48,201 nucleotides of DNA, taken from a virus (taxonomy: Duplodnaviria > Caudoviricetes). Position 1 is the stretch's first letter; every line of letters starts with the position of its first letter. The notes below the pieces were generated by a model. That model was not told where the DNA came from. It did no database searches and was given only the letters and a program-made list of their open reading frames with translations. Shown in pieces: positions 37,164 to 46,347 of this stretch. The stretch spans positions 1 through 48,201 of IMG/VR virus record IMGVR_UViG_3300020138_000007; one strand, given 5' to 3'. A program made the translations under genes and the position numbers.

Positions 37164-37877
37164 TTATTTGAGTTTGATTTTCCCTGCCATCGCATCCTTA
37201 TACCGCTTCATCGTGTTTTCCTGATTGAAGTATTCACGAGGGTTGTTCTTCTTCATGTTAGACCAGTAAGCTTCAAGATCGTTAGAGACGACCGGGGCTG
37301 TCTGGGTCGAACGAGGAGAGGCACCAACCGGAGGTTGGGATACCGATTCCTCAGCGCCTATAAGACGGAAGAAAGCTGTAGGAGAATCGTTGGCTACCTT
37401 AGAGAGGTATTCGAGAGGGAGATTGAGTTCTTTGGCCTTCTGATTGAGAATCATCTGGGCGTCGGTGCCGTACTTGGTACGGAGGACTTCAGTCACTTTT
37501 TCCTGATTGGTCTTTGCACGACGTTCAGACTCCTTCTTTTCGAGAAGGGACGCTACGAGATTTTCTAGATCGGAGTCATTCACCTTAGGGGCAGGCGGGG
37601 TTGCCGGAGGCTGTCCGTTCGGGGTCTGAGGATCTTGAGCAGGCTTGAACTGAGAAGTAATCATGGTCTTGATTTCTTCGAGTGTCATAGCCTTCTGGGT
37701 TGCTTCACGAAGCTCTGCATTCTCGTGTTTGAGTTGTTCGATGAAGGCATCGGACTGGAGCTTTGCCTTGGCAAGCGCTTCGGGGTCCTTGAATTTCTTG
37801 TCTTCACCTACGAGAGTCTCGAAAGCATTCTCCGGGATGGTTTGGTCTACATCGACTGGAGTAAAGAGATTTTCCAT
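37164..37877 (-). CDS. capsid scaffolding protein
   Basis: LVGEDKKFKDPEALAK; charged helical protein between portal and MCP. Confidence 0.8.
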   Translation of the reverse strand: MENLFTPVDVDQTIPENAFETLVGEDKKFKDPEALAKAKLQSDAFIEQLKHENAELREATQKAMTLEEIKTMITSQFKPAQDPQTPNGQPPATPPAPKVNDSDLENLVASLLEKKESERRAKTNQEKVTEVLRTKYGTDAQMILNQKAKELNLPLEYLSKVANDSPTAFFRLIGAEESVSQPPVGASPRSTQTAPVVSNDLEAYWSNMKKNNPREYFNQENTMKRYKDAMAGKIKLK

Positions 37878-37885
37878 ATTATTCC

Positions 37886-38128
37886 TTAGGATTGGTCTAC
37901 CGTCAGTATGGAGGATAAACGTGTTAGAATTTCAGACATACCATTGAGGTGTGCCTGTCTATGAGACCACGATGGATTATCGTAGTCTGATTTATTTATG
38001 ACCAACTCCCGTTCCCAATCTTTGATGATTGACCGGAGTCGATCAGAAAGGACAGAATTGGTGAGTGCGTTCTTGAGGGCCTCTTTGTCTTTGTCATCGA
38101 GGCCCCTAAACCATATTTCCTTAAACAA
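37886..38128 (-). CDS. conserved hypothetical protein after the portal
   Basis: DYDNPSWSHRQAHLNG. Confidence 0.7.
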   Translation of the reverse strand: MFKEIWFRGLDDKDKEALKNALTNSVLSDRLRSIIKDWERELVINKSDYDNPSWSHRQAHLNGMSEILTRLSSILTVDQS

Positions 38129-39923
38129 CCGGCACCTCAGAAAAATCCTCTGGCGTCAGACCCGAGGGGGAGTTCGCCGTCGCGAGGACTTCTTCTTCTT
38201 GAGTCATCGCCTGTTGCTGACCCTCCGCCTGTTCGTGGAGTTTCACGTAGGGCTGGACGAGTTCATAACGTTCGATGTCGAGGAGTTCTTCGATCATCTG
38301 TGCGGTCTTCATTCCAGAGAAGTGGACATTGACAGACGGATCTTGACCTATCGCCGAGCCGTAGAACGACGTCAGATTCTGGACGAGTTCTGCTCTTTCT
38401 GCAAAGGACCTCGCAGCTACCGGTTTGATCTGACCGTTCGCAGAGATCTGATCCCTAGTGATCGAACGGAAGTCGACAGAACGGAATTCATCTTCTAGGA
38501 CACGGATCGTGACGTCATCAAGATGGGATTGAGCGAGGACAAGCATCGCATTGAGAATCGGTTCAATGATTTGCTCTTCGAACTGTGCGATCTTATTCTG
38601 GAAGATTCTCGAAGCAGCGTTCTCCAGTCGCTGTACCTCATATGCAGTCTTCTCACCGGGGGTGCGAAAACCCATGGCTTCTTTAGGCGAGCCAGCCATC
38701 TCTTCCATTCGCTGCTCAATGGCAGCCATCTCGACATTGACTTGGAGAGCTTGGACGTCGGGGGACATCAGTTCGACATCACCGTCAGAGTCGACGAAGA
38801 TCTTCTCCATCGGACCCCACTTGAAGTCGTTGACGATACCTTTGATCTTAAGCGGCGGGAAGGTCACGAGATCGAAGACGTCTGCCTTCATGTTCTCGAT
38901 GTGATCCAGACGGTACTGCATACCGACCAGATTATCTAGGGGACCCATTGCCCAGAGGTTATCCTGCCGTATCCTCCATCCTGCATGGTAGATCGGAATC
39001 TCTGCAAGTGGATAAGGACAAGGTTTGTCATAGACGACCTTGTGACGATCTATGACGATGGTGAGATTGTTCTTCTTGAATTCTCCGGTCTCTCGGTTAT
39101 AAATATCACCGTAGTAAAAGAGGAGTTCAACGACGTCAGAATCGATATACTGACGGAAGGAGGTAAAGCCGTCGACAGCGAAGTAGTGATCTTTCTCGAC
39201 GATCTCGACAGACCCCCATTCAGAAGACGAGGAGCGGAGATTCTTACAGTATTCGAAGACCTTTTCAGCAATCTCTGTATCTGCTTCGTCTGCTGAGAAA
39301 CGGGAGATCATTTCTTTAGCCTCACCCATATTCGTGAGAACTCGGATGATCTTTGGAGACTCGGATACAGAAGGTGCCGTCGGGTTGATGACGACGTCTA
39401 GTGGTGAAATACGGACGAGTCTGGGGCCGACATAGCCTGCCTTCTGGAGGGCCGTGGACGACTTGTAATAAGTCTTGTCTACCCACTCGACAGTCGCGAA
39501 GCAGTTACCGTAATCGATATAGTCGAGGACTAGCTTCTCGATCTCACGCTTGAATTCATTCTGATTGACTGCCCAAGTCATGTAGTCCTTGATTGCTCGG
39601 ACTTTCCGCTTGGTCTCATCCTTCTTGTCAGCACCCTCCCAATTCAACCATCGACGCTTCGGAAACATCGTTGCGATGTAGTTCGCGTAGAGGTTATCCC
39701 TGATCTGAGTGAGCTTCGGGATGGTCGTCTTGTTGGACCACGGAAGTTGAGAGTTACTCGTCTGGGTCGTGTCGGTCGCGTAGATGTATTCTCGGAGTTC
39801 CCTCTTCTGGTTGACCCAGTCTTGACGGAACATATTCCACTGCATCCAGTATTCTGCGATCTTACAGCCGAGTTGGTCACGAGTGATGACCGAATCGATA
39901 TCGAGTGTCTTTCCGACCATCAT
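38121..39923 (-). CDS. portal protein
   Basis: 600 aa: YIYATDT...LPWSNKTTIPKLTQIRDNL, DYIDYGN, MGPLDNLVGMQYR, GFRTPGEKTA. Confidence 0.92.
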   Translation of the reverse strand: MMVGKTLDIDSVITRDQLGCKIAEYWMQWNMFRQDWVNQKRELREYIYATDTTQTSNSQLPWSNKTTIPKLTQIRDNLYANYIATMFPKRRWLNWEGADKKDETKRKVRAIKDYMTWAVNQNEFKREIEKLVLDYIDYGNCFATVEWVDKTYYKSSTALQKAGYVGPRLVRISPLDVVINPTAPSVSESPKIIRVLTNMGEAKEMISRFSADEADTEIAEKVFEYCKNLRSSSSEWGSVEIVEKDHYFAVDGFTSFRQYIDSDVVELLFYYGDIYNRETGEFKKNNLTIVIDRHKVVYDKPCPYPLAEIPIYHAGWRIRQDNLWAMGPLDNLVGMQYRLDHIENMKADVFDLVTFPPLKIKGIVNDFKWGPMEKIFVDSDGDVELMSPDVQALQVNVEMAAIEQRMEEMAGSPKEAMGFRTPGEKTAYEVQRLENAASRIFQNKIAQFEEQIIEPILNAMLVLAQSHLDDVTIRVLEDEFRSVDFRSITRDQISANGQIKPVAARSFAERAELVQNLTSFYGSAIGQDPSVNVHFSGMKTAQMIEELLDIERYELVQPYVKLHEQAEGQQQAMTQEEEVLATANSPSGLTPEDFSEVPVV

Positions 39924-40168
39924 TCTTCCTCTTCAGGACCGGGGAGCGTGATCTCACCCGTCGCTACTTTGTTCTGTATGTCGATGTCTCCGACATAATG
40001 ATAACCTACAGAGTCGGCAAAGGCTTTCCATCTGTCTGACGTGTGAGCCTGTAGGAATCCCTGTTCACCAAGCCATATGTAGACGGCTGTCGGAGTATCT
40101 ATCTCAGACACCCTAGAGATATTGTCGTTGAAGAATTGGTGGACAATATCATTGATGTTTCTTGCCAT
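39920..40168 (-). CDS. hypothetical protein
   Basis: Coupled between terL and the portal gene. Confidence 0.7.
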   Translation of the reverse strand: MARNINDIVHQFFNDNISRVSEIDTPTAVYIWLGEQGFLQAHTSDRWKAFADSVGYHYVGDIDIQNKVATGEITLPGPEEEE

Positions 40169-41721
40169 CAGCCAATCCCCCCGAATCTCTTGTTGTAAAA
40201 ACCATCAAAACCAGACGACTGAGTCATAGCTGCGAATGTAGGTGCCTGACAGATTTGGATGCAGGCGGTCAAGGCGTCCTTGACGTCGTCGTGTGGTGGA
40301 TGCTCTTGGATGAGTTCCTCTTCGAGGATTTGACAGTTACCACCCTTATAGTGCCAGATTTGCTGGTTTTCATATCTTGGATAAAGCGTCGCGGCTATCC
40401 GCTCCTCTTTACTCCCAAGATGTTTGGACGGCGAGTGCCTGTCTATCGAGAGAGCAAGACCATGAGGTTTGATGTAGTTTGCTTTTAGGTCTTCGACGAT
40501 GATCGACTGTGCTGCTGTCGTCTCTGCACGGAGCTTACGGAACCCCCACTTCTGATGAAGACGAAAGATAGAGTCGTAGTAGTCTGAGATCTTGTCAGTC
40601 CTGAAACGGTCGATCTCGATGACATAGTAGTTGTTCTGATGATCGATCCCCACGACGACTACAGCCGAATAGTCGGACCTCTTGCCAAGGGTATAGGCGA
40701 AGTCGACTGCCGCATAGACGTTGAGGCGTACTCCGTTATAGTAAGTGAATCCGTTTTGTCTCTGAAGGAGCGCACGGTTATAGTATTGGAAAAGGTCAGA
40801 ATCGAGAGGAGCAGTCGAACGGTCGTTAGGATCGTTATAATACTGAGCATAGAACTGAGTCTTGTCGAGATACTGCGCATACTTCCTCTCCCGTTCACGA
40901 CGATCAAATCCGAACCATTTACCGTCAGGACGACGAGACTTAGGCCAGAGATATTCGCCTGTGCCATCTCGCTGTGGAGAATCTTCGAGGACTTTCTCGA
41001 ATATCTCATAGAGCTTGATGGTTTCGATGATCTCGCCGTTGTCGTCGTAGTCGGATATCTCCATTTCGAGGAGGTCGTTATAGAGATCGGCAGGGTTGTA
41101 CCGAGTTCCCACGACCCATTCACGGGCACCGGTTCCTTCGATGGACGACAGGAAGGAGTACTGGGTTTTTACCTTGTCTCGACCCTCTATCGTGTTCGCG
41201 TTGTCACCGACGACGACGTCGTCAAGGACAGCGATGTCACAGTGCATCCCGACGATACCGGTAGTCAGACCGGCGGTAAAGATTGTAGGATCGCGGACGG
41301 TCTCGGCACGACGTTTAGGGTGGTCGACAGAGATTTCCGAGTTAGTCCACTTCTCTCGCTTACCCTCGTCTTCGTTGACCATCTCTGGCCAGTAACGACG
41401 ATAGATACGAGAAGTCAGGATGTCCTTGATGAACTTCAACTGCTTCTCGGCGAGGTTTGCGGTAGACGAGATATAGAGAACCCGGACTGCGGGGTTCCTT
41501 GTAATTTCCCAAGCGACACGATATGCTACCATCGCAGACTTGCCGTGGTCACGAGGTAGGAGGACAAGCTGGTGGGACTTCGCGTCTGATCGGGTCCACC
41601 ACGAGATTAACTCTTCGTGGACTGCACCGAGGAGGCGGTGGGGGTGTACGAGTCGGATAAACGTAAGGAGGTCGGCTTCAGCCAGAGAACGGATTTCATC
41701 GATCTTCGTACGGGACATCAC
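40168..41721 (-). CDS. terL: terminase large subunit
   Basis: Walker A LPRDHGKS, Walker B VLDDVV, GTRY, nuclease AAVDFA and HDDVKDAL. Confidence 0.95.
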   Translation of the reverse strand: MMSRTKIDEIRSLAEADLLTFIRLVHPHRLLGAVHEELISWWTRSDAKSHQLVLLPRDHGKSAMVAYRVAWEITRNPAVRVLYISSTANLAEKQLKFIKDILTSRIYRRYWPEMVNEDEGKREKWTNSEISVDHPKRRAETVRDPTIFTAGLTTGIVGMHCDIAVLDDVVVGDNANTIEGRDKVKTQYSFLSSIEGTGAREWVVGTRYNPADLYNDLLEMEISDYDDNGEIIETIKLYEIFEKVLEDSPQRDGTGEYLWPKSRRPDGKWFGFDRRERERKYAQYLDKTQFYAQYYNDPNDRSTAPLDSDLFQYYNRALLQRQNGFTYYNGVRLNVYAAVDFAYTLGKRSDYSAVVVVGIDHQNNYYVIEIDRFRTDKISDYYDSIFRLHQKWGFRKLRAETTAAQSIIVEDLKANYIKPHGLALSIDRHSPSKHLGSKEERIAATLYPRYENQQIWHYKGGNCQILEEELIQEHPPHDDVKDALTACIQICQAPTFAAMTQSSGFDGFYNKRFGGIG

Positions 41722-41960
41722 TACCTCATTCGTCGTCTGCCCCGACCTTGAAGTCTAGAACGGGCAACGGATTTTTCCATGTCGGAGCCGTCGAAGCCCA
41801 AGACTTTCTTGTTTAGAGGGCGGACACGAGTCGCTGACTCCATCGAAGACGCGAGTCTTTTCTGACCTTGCATCGATGTGTAAGACGTCATGTACGTATC
41901 TTTGTTTTTCTTGGATCTGGCGTCGATGACGTTCTTAGATCTACGTCCTGAGAGTTTCAT
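41721..41960 (-). CDS. small basic hypothetical protein
   Basis: Starts MKLSGRRSKNVIDAR; coupled on both sides. Confidence 0.65.
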   Translation of the reverse strand: MKLSGRRSKNVIDARSKKNKDTYMTSYTSMQGQKRLASSMESATRVRPLNKKVLGFDGSDMEKSVARSRLQGRGRRRMR

Positions 41961-42487
41961 CCGAAGACCTCGCGGTTTAGAGAAAGACGAATTCTGTCGA
42001 GATCATCCTCGATCTCTGACTGATCCTTGAACATACGGTCGGCTTCCCGCTTGATCGATTCCTTCGTAGGACGACCCACAGGAGATTTCTCAGGCTTGAG
42101 GGAATCAAGGATGGCACGGTTGGCCTGTAGAGAACCTCTGTCTTTCGGGTCTGCGGCGATCTGATGGAGCCTCCGAGTGGCATCGGCAGAGAGTTTCTGT
42201 CGTAGCTCTTCTCGAATCTCCGAGAGGTAATCGACGAACCAAGAACAGGAGAGGAGACGTTTCCAGTGGGGCCATCCACCGAAATACTTCTCGGCGAAGT
42301 AATACTCCGAGAGGTCGGACTCTTCGAGATAGAGACGACGAAGAGAGGGATAGGTGACTCCGTCGACTTCATGGTCTTCAGGCTTGAGTGTGTAGAGGAC
42401 TCTAGACTTGTCTGAGTCAGACATTTCAAAGAAGATTGCCTTGAGGAGCCAAGTACCTGAGGCATTCTTAAAGACCTTACTATCCAT
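41957..42487 (-). CDS. terS: probable terminase small subunit
   Basis: First gene of the late arm: SLRRLYLE..D..EY.FA..YFGGW.HWKRL, VGRPTK. Confidence 0.75.
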   Translation of the reverse strand: MDSKVFKNASGTWLLKAIFFEMSDSDKSRVLYTLKPEDHEVDGVTYPSLRRLYLEESDLSEYYFAEKYFGGWPHWKRLLSCSWFVDYLSEIREELRQKLSADATRRLHQIAADPKDRGSLQANRAILDSLKPEKSPVGRPTKESIKREADRMFKDQSEIEDDLDRIRLSLNREVFG

Positions 42488-42494
42488 GTTGTGT

Positions 42495-42740
42495 CCTTTC
42501 TTTAAGATACTATACCTTAGGTATTAATACTCTAGGTAAGATAATATTGACTGAGTGATATAGACTTAGAGTTCTTATTACTTAAGTCATTATTACTCTA
42601 GCTAATAGATAAAGAGAATGAATTAATCATATACCTCATGACCGAGTTCTTAAAGACAGATTACTTCTGCTAAACACAACAAGCTTACTACATGATCACT
42701 GTGTCTTAAGGTATAGTATCTTTATCTAACTACCTTTATA
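42495..42740. repeat. AT-rich non-coding element paralogous to 7061-7225
   Basis: Shares TACCTTAAGACACAG, GTGTTTAGCA and ATCACTCA in the same order on the - strand. Confidence 0.6.
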
Positions 42741-42773
42741 AGATAAAGTAACATATTTTTGGTGATTTGTCAA
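42738..42773 (-). promoter_or_regulatory. sigma70-type promoter of the structural arm
   Basis: On the - strand: TTGACA (42773-42768), N17, TACTTTATCTTA, with extended -10 TG. Confidence 0.8.
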
Positions 42774-42779
42774 GTGGTA

Positions 42780-43380
42780 AAATAAAGAAAAGTGAAAATA
42801 GCGATAATTTCTCTGAGAAAATTTCGAGGTGCCATTCCCTTAATCACCACCCCACCCCGATCCCCCTTGGCCGGGGGCCACCCACCCCTAAATATACAGC
42901 ATAGAATCTTTTCACGTCGTCACCATACCTTATGGTCTGATGCATGAAGTATAGCCTTGGTTATATTAGCCCTTTCTTAGATTCAAACTATTGAATGTTT
43001 TGGTCGTACACCACGACGACCTAACATGTGGTAATCTATTACCTCTCTCCCCTTCCCGAACAACACCTTTTCCAGTCACCTTTAGATACCGTCTATCCCT
43101 CTCTTTCGGACATAGATCACTCTAGAAGCGTGCCTCGTTTCCATGATGCCCAATACCAGCGTCGTCTACTCCCTTTCTATGGCCGTCTATGGCCGATCTA
43201 GAGCATATCGTCTTTTCAGACTTTCCAGTTTCCTGCCCAAATGTGGCAGACTTTTCCTGCCCCTGCCACAAAAAGACCTTATTTCATGTCGTTCCTGCCT
43301 CATTCGTGCCACATTTCTAGGGTCTACTCTCCCTTGTCCCGAGCGGCATTCCGTAGGCGTTCCCACGTCGGCGAAGGACT
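42780..43380. other. probable physical genome ends / terminal-repeat region
   Basis: Non-coding, between the divergent arms and upstream of terS; C-rich tract at 42837-42888. Inferred from architecture only. Confidence 0.5.
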
Positions 43381-43389
43381 AGGTGTATA

Positions 43390-43900
43390 CATATTCATGC
43401 ACCGAAAATCGTGCAACTGGCATGGACGGGCAGAGCCGTCAAAGCTAGGGTCAGGCGCGCCGATCCTCTTTTCAATCGCCACTTTATCAGTGGTTAGGGG
43501 ACGGCCAATAAGCTCTAGTGTTCATATGCCGGGCTGGATTGTGAGGGTTAGACGCCATCTAACCCAAGAGACTTTCCGCTTTCCTTTGGGATCGCTTGGC
43601 CACCTTACCGCCGGAATGGTTTGATCTAAACTGTTGATGCTCTAGTCATGAGAATGTGAGACTGTCAGCCTTTTGTCACGACACACTCACACCATGGGAA
43701 TTAACAGGAAGACAGACAAGCCACCCATAGGAACCCGGCAGCCGATAGCGAACCTTGTAAGCTATTTGTCCCGCGCAAGTGGACCGGATTAAAGGCAAGA
43801 CTATTAGTCTAGCGGCTGATCACTGATTACCATATTGGCCGCTATGCTGATTAGTCGAAAGCTAATCAATGCCGCATGGCAAAGTCTAATCGAAAGAAAG
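43390..43900 (+). ncRNA. candidate structured RNA / long structured leader
   Basis: About ten near-contiguous hairpins with G-U pairs and GNRA loops; no ORF with a credible RBS. Confidence 0.45.
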
Positions 43901-43909
43901 GTTACTACC

Positions 43910-44401
43910 ATGAAGACTATCGCTCAACTCAACTCCCGTACCGCTCAACTCTGCTCGTCTTCTAAGAAGTTGGCAGAGAATATCCACCTCCATTGCGTCG
44001 ACATCGCCGAACACTTCAAGGAACATGGCGACACGACTGCGGCAAGCCTGCTTATTCAGGCCCTTCATTCTGCCGTCCGCAAGAATGCACTCAAGAATTG
44101 GTTCGAAGCATTCTCCGGCATGAAGTATGTCGCGGAAAGCAAGAACAAAGACGGTAAGATCAAGCCGGAACACTTCATCCGCAACAAGGATATCCCGTTC
44201 GAACAGATAGACCTCGACGCCGCTCTTGAAACTTCGCCTTGGGATTTCACGCCGGAACCCGTGTTCAAGCCCTTCGATCTCAACGCCGCCATCAAAGCCC
44301 TGATCAAGAAAGCTGAAAAGGCCGGAGAAGATGCCGAGCATCAGGAAGCCCACGTCATTCCTGATGACAAGCTTGCCGCGTTGAAGGCGCTTGCCGCCTG
44401 A
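43910..44401 (+). CDS. conserved early phage protein (163 aa), first gene of the early arm
   Basis: GAAAGG RBS; H..EHGDTT.A..L..AL....RKNAL..WF..F motif seen in podovirus early genes; strong codon bias. Confidence 0.85.
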   Translation: MKTIAQLNSRTAQLCSSSKKLAENIHLHCVDIAEHFKEHGDTTAASLLIQALHSAVRKNALKNWFEAFSGMKYVAESKNKDGKIKPEHFIRNKDIPFEQIDLDAALETSPWDFTPEPVFKPFDLNAAIKALIKKAEKAGEDAEHQEAHVIPDDKLAALKALAA

Positions 44402-44422
44402 ATTCCACTATCTGTCATAAAC

Positions 44423-44459
44423 GAGGGGTCATGTCGAAAGGCATGGCCTCTTTCTTTTT
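44423..44459 (+). terminator. rho-independent terminator
   Basis: GGGGTCATGTC-GAAA-GGCATGGCCTC followed by TTTCTTTTT. Confidence 0.85.
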
Positions 44460-44472
44460 GAAGGGAAAGGAA

Positions 44473-44652
44473 ATGTATTCCTATCATCGTTCCATCAATT
44501 CGAAATCACGCTGGCATCCGGCGGCATCGAAGTTCTATCCGCCCGTCGCTAAGGTAATTGCAGAACAGGCAATCCGTGAGGGCGACGCCATGCGTTCACT
44601 CATTCGGAAGATCGAAAAGTCCGGAAGGCGTATTCTTGAATGCAAGATATAA
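44473..44652 (+). CDS. hypothetical early protein
   Basis: AAAGGA RBS; starts MYSYHRS. Confidence 0.6.
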   Translation: MYSYHRSINSKSRWHPAASKFYPPVAKVIAEQAIREGDAMRSLIRKIEKSGRRILECKI

Positions 44653-44825
44653 CCGTCTGGCCTGAAAAAGATGACGACGGAGAATGTGTCGTAGACCTAT
44701 TGAATGAACTACTATCCAAAGGTGCGTTTGGTGATACAGATGCTTTGCGGATATATGTCCAAGAGGAATTCCCTGACATATGGAAATCATCTCCGTATCT
44801 ACGTCATTTCATCAACTTTATGTAA
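44640..44825 (+). CDS. hypothetical early protein
   Basis: 61 aa overlapping ORF. Confidence 0.6.
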   Translation: MQDITVWPEKDDDGECVVDLLNELLSKGAFGDTDALRIYVQEEFPDIWKSSPYLRHFINFM

Positions 44826-44927
44826 GTAGAACGACTGTCAATTCTTAAGGCTGGCACGTCTGGCCTTAATGATGGATAGCCGCTGGCATCCCGTGTCACA
44901 ATTCCGTGGCACGAATAGGAGAAAACA

Positions 44928-45425
44928 ATGTCTAGTGAAGGCAAGAAAAAGCGTGGCGAAGCTGGTCAGTCGAATGCAAAGAACATCGCTTTCAGGTACG
45001 GCGGATCGGGGTGTGATCTTTCGCAGCGGATCGGATCGACTTCTCATCCCCGTCTTGGCGGATCGAAGTTCCTAAACGCGATGAAGATCGGCGCGATGCT
45101 GAACGGGATGGATTCGTTTTCCGACCGGATGCTCAAGGCCGCCGACGAAAATATGGAACGTTGCCCTTCCGTGACGGAAGAAAAGAAACACGTCCGCTCG
45201 TCGTCCCACCATCGTTCTGGACGGAATGACGGAAGGATCGTTCTTCGTTTCGGCGCTTCCTGCCATGATATTCGGAAGAGCAACGCTGAACCTGTCGATC
45301 TTTCCGCGACACGACAATTCCATGGTCGTCATGGCGTCATCCGTCCGAATAAGGATGCCGACCGTGCGTCGTCCATCGTCATCGCTGCCGTCCAGTCTCA
45401 CGGCCTTTTCGAAAAGGGAGTCTGA
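44928..45425 (+). CDS. hypothetical basic early protein
   Basis: AGGAGA RBS; TGATG coupling to the next ORF. Confidence 0.65.
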   Translation: MSSEGKKKRGEAGQSNAKNIAFRYGGSGCDLSQRIGSTSHPRLGGSKFLNAMKIGAMLNGMDSFSDRMLKAADENMERCPSVTEEKKHVRSSSHHRSGRNDGRIVLRFGASCHDIRKSNAEPVDLSATRQFHGRHGVIRPNKDADRASSIVIAAVQSHGLFEKGV

Positions 45426-45616
45426 TGCTTACAACAAAGGCAATCCTTGTCGTCCTTCTGGTCAAGTCAAATAGCTTCTGGATGTACGAGCAAAAAGACG
45501 TCGAGACTTGCGAATCTTCGGCTCAAGCATTCGTCGATGCTGACATAGGTGAATCACTGGGAGATGTTGTGAGACTTCTATGCATCCCTCTTGACGGACT
45601 AGGGGTCGGAGTGTAG
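45425..45616 (+). CDS. hypothetical protein
   Basis: GGGAG RBS; coupled start. Confidence 0.6.
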   Translation: MLTTKAILVVLLVKSNSFWMYEQKDVETCESSAQAFVDADIGESLGDVVRLLCIPLDGLGVGV

Positions 45617-45639
45617 TGCCAAGAATAGGCGGAACTCCG

Positions 45640-45774
45640 ATGCCGATATGGAAGAGGATTGTATTTCATCCCCTCGGATGGATGCTTGAACTCTTCCTAT
45701 CATGCCTTCTCACCCTTCTGCTGTGGTATCTGATCTACCACGTCCTAGTCTCTATTTTCAGGAGCTTCAAATGA
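45640..45774 (+). CDS. small membrane protein (44 aa)
   Basis: MPIWKRIVFHPLGWMLELFLSCLLTLLLWYLIYHVLVSIFRSFK; ATGA overlap with the next ORF. Confidence 0.55.
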   Translation: MPIWKRIVFHPLGWMLELFLSCLLTLLLWYLIYHVLVSIFRSFK

Positions 45775-45947
45775 AGATTCGTTTCCCACATGCCGCTCTC
45801 CATGTCGTCAAGACGGAGGGCTTCAAGAAAGCCGTTTTCTATGCGGCGAAACTCAATCCTGACGTTCCCGTCAAGGAAATCCCGAAATGGTTGTCCGCCG
45901 TCATCAAGACGAATGGCCAGCCGGATTTGCTGGACCTCTACGAATGA
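45771..45947 (+). CDS. hypothetical protein
   Basis: AGGAG RBS; starts MKIRFPH. Confidence 0.65.
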   Translation: MKIRFPHAALHVVKTEGFKKAVFYAAKLNPDVPVKEIPKWLSAVIKTNGQPDLLDLYE

Positions 45948-45962
45948 TCGTCCATATGGTCT

Positions 45963-46151
45963 ATGATGAGTAAGACCGTCTATCTTGCTTCGAAATACGA
46001 CATGAAGCTCAAGACGTATCGTCCTGCATTCACCACTCTGAATCTCTCGTCACTTCTTGAAAAGGTGAAAGAGAGGGGTGGTCATCTGGCGAGTATTGTC
46101 AAGTACCCGGACGACAGGACATACATCTATGATTGCATAGAAAGGTATTAG
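45963..46151 (+). CDS. hypothetical protein
   Basis: 62 aa ORF in the early run. Confidence 0.6.
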   Translation: MMSKTVYLASKYDMKLKTYRPAFTTLNLSSLLEKVKERGGHLASIVKYPDDRTYIYDCIERY

Positions 46152-46158
46152 TTCGCGG

Positions 46159-46347
46159 ATGAATGATCTCGTAGTCCGTCCGAAGTCTGATCGTGAACTC
46201 CTTCACATGCTGAAAGACAATAAGAGGAAGTTCGTCCAGCAAAAGGTCGTCAGTCTAAGTACATGGCGGCAGTACCAGACATACGAAAGGGAGTTAAATC
46301 TTCGTATCAAGGAGTCTGAAAATGAGAAGCCGCGATCCCCGGCGTGA
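46159..46347 (+). CDS. hypothetical protein
   Basis: 62 aa ORF in the early run. Confidence 0.6.
   Translation: MNDLVVRPKSDRELLHMLKDNKRKFVQQKVVSLSTWRQYQTYERELNLRIKESENEKPRSPA

Noticed and set aside
43330-43385. HDV-like ribozyme core (GCGTTCCCACGTCG)
   Set aside because: I could not build consistent P1 and P2 helices.
43488-43550. Resemblance to a pistol ribozyme (GTGGTTAGGG...TAAGCTCTAGTGT...GGT)
   Set aside because: There is no room for the A-rich linker and P2 strand, and the bases fit an alternative long hairpin better.
43143-43624. ORFs 43143-43382 and 43241-43624 as real genes
   Set aside because: No RBS, atypical composition, and they overlap the repeat and hairpin-rich region.
43798-43887. 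tRNA gene (cloverleaf-like fold)
   Set aside because: No T-loop GTTCRA, D-loop or anticodon-arm geometry; kept only as part of the candidate structured RNA.
44509-44891. CGCTGGCATCC repeat (44509, 44881) and nearby TGGCAC as sigma54 promoters
   Set aside because: No TTGC at the -12 position; two copies of an 11-mer are weak evidence.
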